Origin: Curvularia clavata
Lineage: Eukaryota
DNA: 64,000 nt
NCBI GenBank assembly: GCA_023920165.1
Contig: CP089276.1
Span: forward strand, 868,001 to 932,000
Direction: 5' to 3'
Both the position numbers and the translations under genes were made by a program. This document shows, in pieces, positions 13,843 to 24,877 of this stretch. How positions within the stretch are numbered: position 1 is the first letter of the stretch; every line of letters begins with the position of its first letter. Below the pieces are notes generated by a model. The model was not told the DNA's origin. It saw nothing but the letters and a program-made list of their open reading frames with translations, and made no database searches.

Positions 13843-15385
13843 GGCGGGCTGCAGCGCGGCGGGAAAAGCTCCCCAATCAGCCTAGAGGCGTTGTCTGTAT
13901 TCCCAGGAAGCTTCAACACCAGCTTTAGTTGAGAGCTGGTGGCGGATGCGTGTGTCGGGCGTGGGAAACAGGCAGCAGACGAGCGCGCGGAGGGACGATG
14001 GCTTGCAGAAGTTGTGTCTATGGACCAAGGTGGGGCACTTGGGCCGGTGGGAGACTGTGCGGGCACGCAAACAGAACGGTGGTGAAGAGGTTGTGCTGGC
14101 GGACAGGCGGCGGACGCTTGAGCAAGAGACACTGTCGAGCGGCTCGTACTGACAAGAAGGCTTCGGGCGCTGACGTCGCAGAGAAGAGGCACGGGTTGCG
14201 CGGTGAGGTCGCGTTTGTCAACCTGGAACTACCCGTGCCGAGAGACAAGCACACTAGCGCTAGCAACTCCACTCTGCATCTGCGATCTGCTCATGGCTGC
14301 TCCCCTGCCCTTTCACTCACGCCATCCATCCATGGCCGCCTCCCGGCCGTCCCACGCCCTCGTCGCGACTCAGTTCGTCAGCTGGCGACATTGAACCTCT
14401 TCGTACCACCACCTGCTCGTCGTCGATTTTCATACCCAACCAAGCCATGGAGTCCTGAACACGAGTATACTATTAATCGGGCTCGGCCTACATGCCCAAC
14501 ACATGGACGATTCGGATTTTTTCTATTGTGTTCCATGCTAATCTATTTCGTTTGTTGCCCGCCGCGGCTTTGACACCATCTCTACCTGGCCACAAGCTCT
14601 TTTTTTATTCACAAAGCGGACGCAGTACGCATGATATGGTACATTGCTGAGCCTAGCGTCATTCGGCAGGGCCTCCTCTCCTTGCATAACGCTTCTCGCC
14701 ACACGGCATTCCAGTGCAGCTCCCCACTTGCTCTTTTACCCCCATGCATGGTCGATCTATCGATTTCATATCTGGGCTGCAAAAGTAGACTTTACTCGTC
14801 AAGTAAGCTCACAGTGCACTCGCCAACTGCGGACAGGCAGGAAATCACACTACGACTAAAGTAGTAGAAACAACTTATTCCGCACTCACGAATTGAACAA
14901 TCTTTTCAATGGTCTGTAGCGTCTATTTCACACTCAATAAAGCCTCAGAAGTTGTAGACGTGGTCCCCAACCCATTCAGTGTCTCTATACAAGTGACATC
15001 TAGCTCATTCATACTGGTCCCTGTCCATATTAACTTTTGATGATTTAGAGGAAGCGAGACATGCAGTCTATTCACAATTAGCACTCTAGAAGAAAACATG
15101 TCTCAAAAAGCTTTTTTCAAGTTCACAACAACTCCATTTTATTCCTCGTTACCGTATATCATTGTCCCCCATGCTCATAGATGCTGCTATAGAAAATCCA
15201 TAAAATGCAACGTCGGGGACTGTGATCTCTCTTCACTTTTTGCAGTGACGTGAACCTTAACCAAAAAAAAAAGAGGCATAACAACTTGCAACACTTGAGC
15301 CCCCCTCAAAATATAACGCCTTGCTAATATGCACACCATACGTCGCTAATCTCATTCTCCGCGAAGAAAAAGCAAGGAAAATTTT

Positions 15386-16735
15386 CTACTCCTCGTCAAT
15401 GACACGGCCCCACTCGTGGCTCTCCATGCCATCGCAACCCCACATGATGCCCTTGAGCGAGTTCTTGAAGAATTCCGCATAAGCACCGGAGTTGCCCTTT
15501 GCCATAGGAACATCCATGTCCTTTCCACGGAAGTGAATCTGGCTGATTGGGGCCACGAACCAGGCCGTACCCGCAGCAAAAGCCTCGACGAGACGACCCT
15601 CCTTGGCCGCCTCCTCAACCTCGAAGATATTGAACTTGCGCTCTACAACCTCGAGCGTCTCCAAACCTTCGGGTGTCGTAGCCGAAGAGGTCAGCTTGGC
15701 GCGGGCCAACTCGAGAATAGAGCGGCGCGTTACACCGTCTAGGACGATACGCTCGTTCAAGTCGGCAGTCACAAGCTGGAGCTTTCCTTCCTTCGTCTTC
15801 CACACGGCAAAGAAGTTACTGGCGCCGGCTTCGGTAATGGTGCAGTCTTCGCCGAAGAGCCAGAGAATCTGGTGGTAGCCTCGCTTTCTGGCTTCGCCCT
15901 GCGCCACGAGCGAAGGGCCGTAGTTGGCTCCGACTTTGGCGTATCCGAAGCCACCGGGCCACGCGCGGCACATGTCGTCCTGGGAAGCGAGCAGCTTGAT
16001 GCCGCCGCTCATGTCGCCCATGGGCGCGAAGCAGCACAGGATGATGAAGAGCAGGGCTTCCTTGGGTCGCTCGACGCCGAGAGCTGGGTCCGAGGCGATC
16101 ATCGTGGGGCGGATGTAGAGGAATTGGCCAGGGCGATCCTTGGGAAGCCATCGCTTTCCATCAGTAGCACAGAGCTTGATGATGAGCTTGAGGAGCTGCT
16201 CCGGGTCGAACGCAGGGAGCGCAATACGGTTGGTGGACATGAGCATACGGCGGCAATTGAGGTCCGGTCGGAAAAGTCGTAGCTTGCCGTCGTGACCACG
16301 GTACAGCTTCATGCCTTCGAAGCACTCGGTCGCATAGTGAAGGCATGATGCTGTGGGTGCAAGGGACAGCGGACCGTAGGGTTGCAGTGTCGGTGCCTCC
16401 CAGCCAGACTCGACAGTCCACTTGGCTTGTACCATGTGGTCGGTGCACACCTTTTGGCTAGCCATCTCTGCCGAACCTACGGCAGGCACTGAGCGGGGGG
16501 CGTTGGTGTATGTGCATGTGATCTTGGAGGCATCAAGCTCCGCGAGTGGCGCTTCCACTACATCCTGAAACTTGCTTGCTGGCTCATTTGGCGGTGTGGC
16601 AGTAATAGAGTTTGTCAGAGACGACGAGTTGATCTGTCCTGGAGCGTTCTTGAGCAGCGCCGACTTGATTCCCTCCTGGGTGAGGTCGGTGACCGTCTCG
16701 TTCTGGTTTGGAGGTGTGACGGCGATGGGGGCCAT
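15386..16735 (-). CDS. Branched-chain amino acid aminotransferase (PLP class IV), intronless
   Basis: LHYATECFEGMK, LRLFRPDLN, LYIRPT, RAWPGGFGYAKVGANYGPS (PLP lysine), ITEAGASNFF, LDGVTRRS, EAFAAGTA. Confidence 0.95.
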   Translation of the reverse strand: MAPIAVTPPNQNETVTDLTQEGIKSALLKNAPGQINSSSLTNSITATPPNEPASKFQDVVEAPLAELDASKITCTYTNAPRSVPAVGSAEMASQKVCTDHMVQAKWTVESGWEAPTLQPYGPLSLAPTASCLHYATECFEGMKLYRGHDGKLRLFRPDLNCRRMLMSTNRIALPAFDPEQLLKLIIKLCATDGKRWLPKDRPGQFLYIRPTMIASDPALGVERPKEALLFIILCCFAPMGDMSGGIKLLASQDDMCRAWPGGFGYAKVGANYGPSLVAQGEARKRGYHQILWLFGEDCTITEAGASNFFAVWKTKEGKLQLVTADLNERIVLDGVTRRSILELARAKLTSSATTPEGLETLEVVERKFNIFEVEEAAKEGRLVEAFAAGTAWFVAPISQIHFRGKDMDVPMAKGNSGAYAEFFKNSLKGIMWGCDGMESHEWGRVIDEE

Positions 16736-16761
16736 GGCTGTTGGTTTTTATAAAAAGGTCC

Positions 16762-16768
16762 TGAGTCA
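16762..16768 (-). promoter_or_regulatory. Gcn4/CpcA-type element TGACTCA upstream of the aminotransferase (a second, TGACTCT, at 16920-16926)
   Basis: Exact consensus upstream of an amino-acid metabolism gene. The motif is short and this copy may lie in the 5' UTR. Confidence 0.4.
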
Positions 16769-17200
16769 ACAAGGTCCAAGGTGGCAATGGTCGAGAGAAC
16801 AGCAATATGCTGATTGTTGAAAGAGAGTGGTATGGGAAGCAATTAGAATAGTATGGGACAGTGGAATGGAGGTACCCAAGCCAGCCTCTTATACCGATTT
16901 GAAAAAAAAAATTCAATCAAGAGTCACACCTCGCAATCACACGGGCGGAACCAAACCCACCTCCCTGTTCGATCCATCGATGTGATGTCCGCCCAGCCCT
17001 GGACGGACTACCGCGGCAGTCTAGTGTCGTTTTCTTTTTGAAGGCTAATTGTATTTTAAGGTTTCCCTCCAAGCCAAAAGCGGACCGAAACAATCCCTTT
17101 CTTGACAACATATGCTGTTTGTTACTATTTTGTCTTGCCATTGAACCCAGCACCCTCCTCTTTTCCCATGGTTGCACATCATCATTATCGCGATCTTACA

Positions 17201-17212
17201 GCCGGTGACGGC
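17201..17212. promoter_or_regulatory. Leu3/LeuB-type everted repeat GCCG-GTGA-CGGC
   Basis: Matches the CCG-N4-CGG consensus with G/C flanks, about 470 nt upstream of a branched-chain aminotransferase start. Confidence 0.5.
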
Positions 17213-17803
17213 ATACGCGTGTTCCAGAAACCCTCGGAGCCGGGGCGGTATCTGCTAGCGTAGTTGTTGATTTTGAAGGGCGTGTGCCGAGCCTGTGGTA
17301 TCCAGCCCATCTCGTCCCGTACCTGCCGCTAGTATCCGGGGCAGACTTCCGATTGACGAAGACTCATCCCAAGATCCAAGAAACCGACATCGGACCTGGT
17401 ACTATGTGTAAGTAGACACAAGACGTAGCGGATCTGTCGCGAGGCTTTGTTAGTAGTTTGCTGGACGTGAAGGCTGGCAGCTGGACACGATAGAAGTGCC
17501 GCGCCCAGCGGAGAAAACTAGCTCGGCAAGCAGCGGCTCAAGCGATAGGAAACTTCACTGCAAGGATAACAATTGTTCAAGTGACCTGTACATAACAATG
17601 GGGTATCAAGATCGTCTAGAATCCTTCAAGAGCCGTCGTGCATCGATACCACTGTGCCACCTACATCATGCTGAGAGCAATCCGCATGTAGCCAGCCCCG
17701 CGTCCACCTCTATCCGACCACTCCATTTTCCAGATAAGATGACGAGCAGATGTAAGACCAGAAGAGATAACAATGTCTAACGCGTATAATGGGTCTAGCT
17801 GGC

Positions 17804-18931
17804 CTAGCTCGCATGCAGCACCTGGCCTGCTCTCAAGCTATCAATACCTTGGAGTATTCCGTCTGCAACCTCCCCAACACGACCTTCCAAAGAGCCCAAA
17901 TCTAGCCTACTAATCGCAGCATTGATCTGTTCAGTGACCAATTCATCTTGCACAACCTCTGCTGTCACCTGTCCTTCTGTCCTCCAGTATTCCTCCCTTA
18001 CACCCCGCAGCGCTGGGTCCCGGTTCACAGAGTTTGTGAGTAACGCCAATGCCCGCATCTTGTTGAATGTGTCTTCCGCCGTCCGTGTAGTCGTCTCGAT
18101 GCGTTCGGCGATAGAAATTGGCTTCGCAAGCCAGCGGTTCGTACTCGTGGCCCAAAGGACAAATGCTAAGCCCATATCTACCAGGGCGAATGCCATGTAT
18201 CGCAGGAAGCGGACGCGCCAGTATGCTGAATCGAGATCCTGAACATACTTGGCTCTCTTATTGAGCAAGATGTCATATGTGCCCATGTACCATACTTCCA
18301 CCACCATGAGCGAAATTCCTGCGATTGTGGCGTGTGTGCGGAAGCGCGAGCCTTCTGTTCCAACCAACGATGATGTGGCAAGGCCAAGGATGGCTGATTG
18401 AAATATATGTGGCGTGACAATCTTCGGGAGAGCGTATAGAAAGTAGCTCAGCTGGTCGCTCCCGTCGGACGTAGTGCACCAAGCACAGTTCAGGAGCGTG
18501 TCTGGGCCGTATGCAAGGTAGAGCAGCTTATTACGTGGGCTCCAGCCGAACTTTGTCCGTAGAGCCTCGTCTTCGTCTGTGAGCGGCCGCAGATGCCTCA
18601 GTCGTGCAAAGAGCACACTCGTCTCCGTCCGTATATGGCTCTGCGTCTTGAGGAATATGTTTTCAGGCGCATATCGCGAAAATGAAAGACCAAACCACAC
18701 GACCGCGCTCAAGAACAACAGGTTGAGTGCATACTGAACTTTGGGTGGTGTCGGGCGTACAGGAACGCCTGGTGCACTTGTACGCGCCGCTTTGATCCAG
18801 TCGAGGACGAGGGGTATGAGAAAGGGTCCGAAGATGGTCAACAGCGAGTGTACATTTCGTGGGAGGAACGTCAGGCGTGGAATGATAACATAGGATACCA
18901 CTAGAAGAATGATAGAGCGCAGATTGATCAT
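17804..18931 (-). CDS. Hypothetical multi-pass membrane protein (375 aa)
   Basis: Long ATG-initiated ORF with several hydrophobic helices and a YLAYGPDTLLNCAWC motif. Function not recognised. Confidence 0.8.
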   Translation of the reverse strand: MINLRSIILLVVSYVIIPRLTFLPRNVHSLLTIFGPFLIPLVLDWIKAARTSAPGVPVRPTPPKVQYALNLLFLSAVVWFGLSFSRYAPENIFLKTQSHIRTETSVLFARLRHLRPLTDEDEALRTKFGWSPRNKLLYLAYGPDTLLNCAWCTTSDGSDQLSYFLYALPKIVTPHIFQSAILGLATSSLVGTEGSRFRTHATIAGISLMVVEVWYMGTYDILLNKRAKYVQDLDSAYWRVRFLRYMAFALVDMGLAFVLWATSTNRWLAKPISIAERIETTTRTAEDTFNKMRALALLTNSVNRDPALRGVREEYWRTEGQVTAEVVQDELVTEQINAAISRLDLGSLEGRVGEVADGILQGIDSLRAGQVLHAS

Positions 18932-19414
18932 TGTGGACGCGCTCGTATCATGTGCTGGTCGGGCGTGGAGGGCGTTGCGTCGTTAAAGACATGTGTCCTC
19001 ACATTTGGCCAAAGTTGCGGGTGACGTGTGTGAACGGCGGCAGGACCTTAGCACGGTAGCACGTGTTAATTGGTCGCGCTAGTCCTTATTGCGCATCCCC
19101 ATCCCATGTCTGCTCATTGCAATCAAAGTCTGGGCTTGAGGAAGATCCCGATGACGCTGGTGGCTGATTTTTCTTACCAAAAATCACTGCTACTGACTTG
19201 CTGCGGTTGACTTTGAATTCCGCATAAAGGCCCGTGCAATGTGAAAAACGAACTAATCGAGGTACCACGATTTCACGTACTGACCCCGACGACATTAAAA
19301 CCCAGTGACATCAATTCATTAGAGATACAGACTTAAACGCTAAGATCTTTGACAACGGCATGTTGCTAAAAGTCAAAATTCCAACCTCGTAGGCGGATGG
19401 CCAGGCAGCCTTCC

Positions 19415-22115
19415 TCATACATGATCTTCTTCCAAAAATCTCCCCTGAAGAGGCCGCCTATCATTGTTCCTTTCTGTGGATGTATGCTGCGCTGAATGAG
19501 AATAAAAATGAGCTGGTGTGCTCGAAACGCTCATATTTTGACGCAGCTGGCCTTCAGACATGCCCCCATCTTCGGGGAAGATACCCGGGGATTGTGGTGA
19601 GCGCGTTGGCATGGTGTTGTTGTGTGAATAGTATATTGGGACCTGCTGTTGTATCGAGCCATTTGAAGGATGCCGCGGTGTGGTCGGAGAGGGGTACGAA
19701 TATTGGGCCTCGTGACTTAGTCCAGGCGATGGATAGTCTGCCGGCGGGCCCCAGGTAGCTGGTGGAGAACCGTGCGCAATGCCTTCTTCTGGAAAGGACT
19801 GTCCTGCCCGTGGCGAAGCGGGATTGAATGGCGCTTCTGTGGGTGATGTGTATGGCGCCGCAGTTGCGTACGATGGGGGACCTGGTGTGGAGTGTGACGA
19901 GCTGTAATCGTGGCTGGCGGAGTGTGAGTATTGCTGGGGGTGCTCCTGATATTGGGCCATGGCGACAGTATCGGCTCGATTGTGAGTGTTTACGTACTTG
20001 GTAGCCTCGGAGGCGGGCATCTCATATGGAACCGTGGTTGCCAATTCGGCAGGTGGAATTGGCGGAGGTGCGTTATTAGCATTGCCTTCTTTCTCCTGTT
20101 TCTCCTTTAATGCCTTCTTATGCCGGCGCAAGCATAACAGAATGAGACATAGAACGATGATTAATCCTACAAGACCTCCAACAACACTTCCGGCAATAAC
20201 GCCGACGTTTGACTTTTTGGACCCAGAAGGCGATGGCGATCCCGTTGCTGAAGGAAGTGAACGAGTGGCTGACCTGGCTGCAAAGGTAGGCTTCAAAGTG
20301 TAGTATGTTGCTAAATCAGGATGTCCCCACGCTGCAGGTGCGGTTTTGGTGGCGCCTCCAGTTGGCCTGTTATGATTGTTAGAAATAATTTTTGCTTGCC
20401 AGGTTGTTAAGGTATACATACCCTCCACCAATCGCTGAAACGATGGGTGAAGGCACCACATAGGCGCTGATATTTGGTTGGAACTTGTCCCAGAGCTTTG
20501 CCTCCGCACCGTTGTACCCAAGGACCATGTTGTGTTGTCCTTGACCCGGGGGTGCATCGCATCTGTCATAGAGAGGAAACCAGCCACCTATAACCAGCAT
20601 CTGTTTACGGTTGATGACGTTCGCGCTGCAGCCTCCGTGACCAACCTGAGCCGGAGTTGTACTGTTATCGTTGACAGGAAAGGCTTTTATCCATGTAAAC
20701 GATGGAAGAGAAAGAACGTAGACATCATCAAATGCGGGATATTCCCCAAAGCCGTATCCGCCATAAAGGTAACTGGTTATTGTCAGCCTGTTCCGCAAAT
20801 AATTGTGTGTTTGTGCAATGGTTCTGCCAGTTTCAAAACATGCAGGTTGACAACCACTAAGTTGCGATAGTAGACCCTTTCTTTCCAGAACCCTGGGTAT
20901 CCCGGGGCAAAGAAGTCGAAGTTTCGAAGAAAATCAGATAAGGCGAGCCGATCTTCGTACAATCCTCTTACCCAGCTTGCATGAATCTTGGAAAACCGAC
21001 AGTCTGTTGCGATCCACAGTAGATATCGCGACCACATGGCTGATTGGTGATGAAAACAATACGAAATCATGTTCTTACATATTGTATGATGACTTGTCAT
21101 CAGCCCACGTAACACCTGAACCAAATTGTCTCCGCGAAGGAGGCACAGTGCCCGATGCTGTCTGCGTATACCATTTCGACGAAGCCATGTCATAAATGTG
21201 AATGACCTATAGATTATTAGCCGCATACCGAATGGTTTTCTCGTGAGACATACACTCATATTTGCCTAGAGACGAGATTAGTATGCTGGCTACGGGCGTG
21301 TTACGGGCAGAACTTACTGCGTTAAAGCTCCCATTACGATAGGGATCTTCGATGCCACCAAAATACACGAGAACACCGCCATCAGAAACGGGAAGGTAGA
21401 GCAGTTGTCCCTCGGCTCTTCCAAGATCGTCCGGTCCGGTCATGTTCTTCAAATCGCCAGTGGACATGTCAAACTGGATAAGGCCATTTGTAGCCATGGT
21501 CGGACCCTTCCACCCCACTGATGATCGATTGCTCAGCCATCCACCCAAGTAGAATCCCAATCCAAGCTCTTCAACTTGAGTTCCGGCACCAAACGATACG
21601 CGCTGTATGGTTTTGTCGCCTGTCGTATCGGTGCTGTTCCACTGGTTGAGAAGAACATCATAAGTCCACATGCTGAAATCCGTGGGGCTGAGGCCTTCGG
21701 GGTATTCTCCTCCAAACTGATAGAAGCATTTGTTGGTATTGTCGGCCCAAATGTAGCCGCCTGATAGGCTTGGTATGTTGCCAGGCTTGGATAAATTTGC
21801 GTATTGCATCGGCATACCAGCATCGGGCGTGGTTGAGTTCAAGTCGCTGAACACCAGCCATGGGTCTAGGAGAAGATTGTCAGACTTTCTGGAAATGGGC
21901 GCAGCATGCGCTTCCTTGTGGTTTTACATACTTGTGTGGTTTGAGGTGAATGGGGCCGAGCCTACCATTCCACCATCAATGTAGAGCCTTGAGTCGATTT
22001 GCGCTGTCGCATGGCCCCAGCGCCGACAGAAGCTGCTGATGGGGTCATTTTGCTGCGACCGAGCCAAAGGAAGCAGACTAAACACGACGAACGAGCTCAG
22101 TCGTACGTAGGCCAT
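19415..22115 (-). CDS. Type I membrane protein with a kelch/galactose-oxidase-like beta-propeller ectodomain, one TM and a Pro/Ser-rich tail
   Basis: Signal peptide MAYVRLSSFVVFSLLPLARS; FCRRWGHATAQIDSRLYIDGG; repeated xxGG kelch motifs; TM VGVIAGSVVGGLVGLIIVLCLILLCL followed by RRHKK. Five introns, including a 12-nt microexon and a 306-nt intron. Confidence 0.88.
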
Positions 22116-22409
22116 GACGTGCATTCATGACGCTTCCCAAGAGACACGTAGGGACCTCCCAGGCGTGGGGAGGCTTTGGATACGATGAAAGCAGTATAGT
22201 GGGGAGCGAAGGAAGAAGAAGGACGGCAAATGTAGCTGTGGGTATGTACAAGGCTGAGAGAAGAATGTCTGGGCGGGCAGCGAATGCGCGGGTGGCAGGA
22301 GCTAAGTCTCCGTCCGTGGCGCCCTTTGTCGAGGTGATGTGCCTCGAATCACCGATCTGACTACGCAGTAGTTATGCTGAACAACCCGTTCTCGCAGCCA
22401 CAAAGTGAG

Positions 22410-23620
22410 CTGTAAGACGCATTCACCAATCGAGTGTCAGGACAGAAAACACAACCAATCTTTAGACCCGAGAGGCGTCAGGCTAAGTAAGGTACATAAC
22501 TAGTCGGGAGAACGCCAGAATGCGGAGCCGACCAACCACGCGTGGGGTGATGCGTCGCTAATGGGCGAGCGCTGTAGGGCTGAATGGACACGACGACGAA
22601 AGAGATGAAGATGCCGTGATTGCGACGAGCGACGAGACACGGGGAGCGGGTTGAATTGGTGGCTGCTGTGCAGCTGCTGGCGTGGTCTCACAAACGTGGA
22701 TGGGCGAATGCGTGTTGCGCAGTAACACAAGACTAGGGCATGCGGGGGCCATTCAGCTCCTCCATCAACTTTATTATTTGTGGCCATTTGCTCCAACAGT
22801 CTAGGCCCGAGCGACAGGCGGCTGTACGGGCTCCCCAGTGGCTGCGAGTGGTTGGTTACTCTTTTATCCGGTCCCTGCAACAGGCTGCATGTATACGGCA
22901 CGCCTTGCTATCGGGACACAGCCCCGAATGTCTCTGGCTGGCGGCCGCATAGAGTACCACGACCGCACCGCCCGACACCAGGTACCTTGGCTGCTACGGG
23001 GCGTTGCGGCGTCATCAAGTCACATCACATCCCAGAAGGGCCATTGCATCAGCTCCGCCCTTTGTCGAGACATGGAGAGTATATTAACGAGGTATGTAGG
23101 CCTAAAGCGAACCCGCAGCTCCAAAACCGACCAAGGTCGGCGGCGACGAGCTGCAGGATTAGAACGGCTGTGCTTTTTTCTGGGTCTGCTCTGGAAAAGG
23201 CAAATCCACGCTGTCGAGGAAGGACCTTAGGGTTATTGGAGACCGTTGACAATATGTTGAAGAAGAAGAAGAGGAGAAGAGGAGACGGCCGACAAAATTG
23301 GTTCCGTCGCTTCGTCGCCTTGGCGCGCTAAGGGCCGACTAGCCACGGCCTTCCTTCGTTCTGCTCAAGCGCCCGCACCAGCCCCGCTCACGCTCGACCA
23401 ACACCGCCACCATGCCACTGCCATCGCCAACGCTGAACTTGCATCCCTCGTACACCTGCTCTGTGAAGCCGCTTTTCTGATGGCTTCGCCGCTGTGTTTC
23501 TCTTCTCTCCAGTGCCGGCCTTGCCAACCATGGTTGCCTGTCTAGTACCGAGCAACCACCCAACGTCAACCACAGTTCGCATGTCCTGCCCATTTTATGC
23601 CTGGCAATATGTCAAATCTT
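22410..23620 (-). ncRNA. Candidate telomerase RNA (TER); boundaries approximate
   Basis: Template TAACCCTAA at 23227-23235, a boundary-like stem just 5' of it, a long interrupted helix 23197-23226/22870-22906 followed by an A-rich strand, further hairpins, an upstream TATA box and no credible CDS. Confidence 0.7.
23259..23283. repeat. (GAA)n/purine microsatellite flanked by an imperfect direct repeat (ggagaccgttgacaa / ggagacggccgacaa)
   Basis: Read directly at 23238-23295. Confidence 0.75.
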
Positions 23621-23641
23621 CGTCTGCTTTGTTTTCTCCTC

Positions 23642-23650
23642 TATATATAT
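23642..23650. promoter_or_regulatory. Symmetric TATA element (tatatatat) between the TER candidate and the divergent ORF at 23839
   Basis: Sequence and position only. Confidence 0.5.
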
Positions 23651-23838
23651 GCGAACCAATTCTCTAGCAGCATCCCTTTCAACATTGACAAAAAAGCCAG
23701 CCACATCAACTAGCCCAGGCCAAGTTTGGTTGCTTCCAATACTTGCAAGCGAAATAGCATCGCCACCTTCTGAGCCTCAAACTTAAAATTCCCCAGTCAC
23801 CACCTCAGCTGCACTTACCCGCCACAGCAGACAAGGAC

Positions 23839-24495
23839 ATGAGCTCCGAGGATGACATATCCACCGACCATGATTTCTCAGATGAAGATGATGACGACGA
23901 ACCCTTTTCCATCAACGCTATCATCCCTACGCTAGCTCCTCATACCTCCTCATGGAATGACTCTGCATCAGTGCTATGGTCAAAGGATCTGATAGAGCGG
24001 GGTTACTTCAGAGCCACTGACTCTCTTCTCTTAGCCTTTACTGTAGACGTCGGAATGAAGTTGTACATCGTCGGTGGTATCCAGCACTCCGTCCTCGATA
24101 TCTTAGATGACTCTGGACTTGTATGGACCATTTTAAACATGGTGCGCAACTCGCTATTGGACAAAGTAAAGCTTCACGGATGGGGTAAAGGTGATATTAT
24201 GGCCAGTGTAGAATGCTTTTTCCTTGCCGCAACCACTGCCTTCCCGAGCATTCGTGAGCGCTTTGAAATTGCATTCCTCCAGAACATTCAGGATCCACGC
24301 TTCAAACAATTATTTGCCATAGAGATTCTCTTCTTCTGTAGTTGCAGAAACAGACGCGAAATCCTTCGTAAGGTTTATCGCTGGGTCTATGGAGAGTGGC
24401 CTGAGTCGATCTGCGCGAAGAAGATTGAAGATATTGAGAAAGATCTTGTGCGCCCGCCAATAACCATACGCCAATGGGTTTTCAATCATAATTAG
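23839..24495 (+). CDS. Hypothetical protein, 218 aa, acidic N-terminus
   Basis: ATG-initiated intronless ORF with globular-like composition downstream of a TATA element. No family recognised. Confidence 0.65.
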   Translation: MSSEDDISTDHDFSDEDDDDEPFSINAIIPTLAPHTSSWNDSASVLWSKDLIERGYFRATDSLLLAFTVDVGMKLYIVGGIQHSVLDILDDSGLVWTILNMVRNSLLDKVKLHGWGKGDIMASVECFFLAATTAFPSIRERFEIAFLQNIQDPRFKQLFAIEILFFCSCRNRREILRKVYRWVYGEWPESICAKKIEDIEKDLVRPPITIRQWVFNHN

Positions 24496-24877
24496 AGGCA
24501 TGAAGGTGCATTACTCAAAAACTATTATGTCCACCTGGGTTTTCAGCTAGGAAATAGCAGCGGTATTGTCCCTTAGTGTCTTTATTACCAGAATCAGCTA
24601 AGATTTGACTTGACAATATCCAACATGCCTCCAGGTCCTTTGTAGCCGGTACTGCTGAGTAGTTTATGACGAGAAGCCATTGTGGATTTCTCGTATGACT
24701 GTTCTATGATATATAATAACATCCTCTCCACTCCTAGCTTCTGCCCAGATACCTGATTCGCCCACTTACCTTCGCAATATGAACCCCTTACGCACACACT
24801 TCACATCGGAGCCCGAAGTTGGTATTCAAGTCTCAAAATTCAATTAAAACATTTCATGTAGTACAAGAGCTAACAAC

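Noticed and set aside
22500..23331. ORFs of 130-183 aa within the TER candidate region
   Set aside because: Overlapping frames with no protein-like features; better explained as GC-rich structured RNA.
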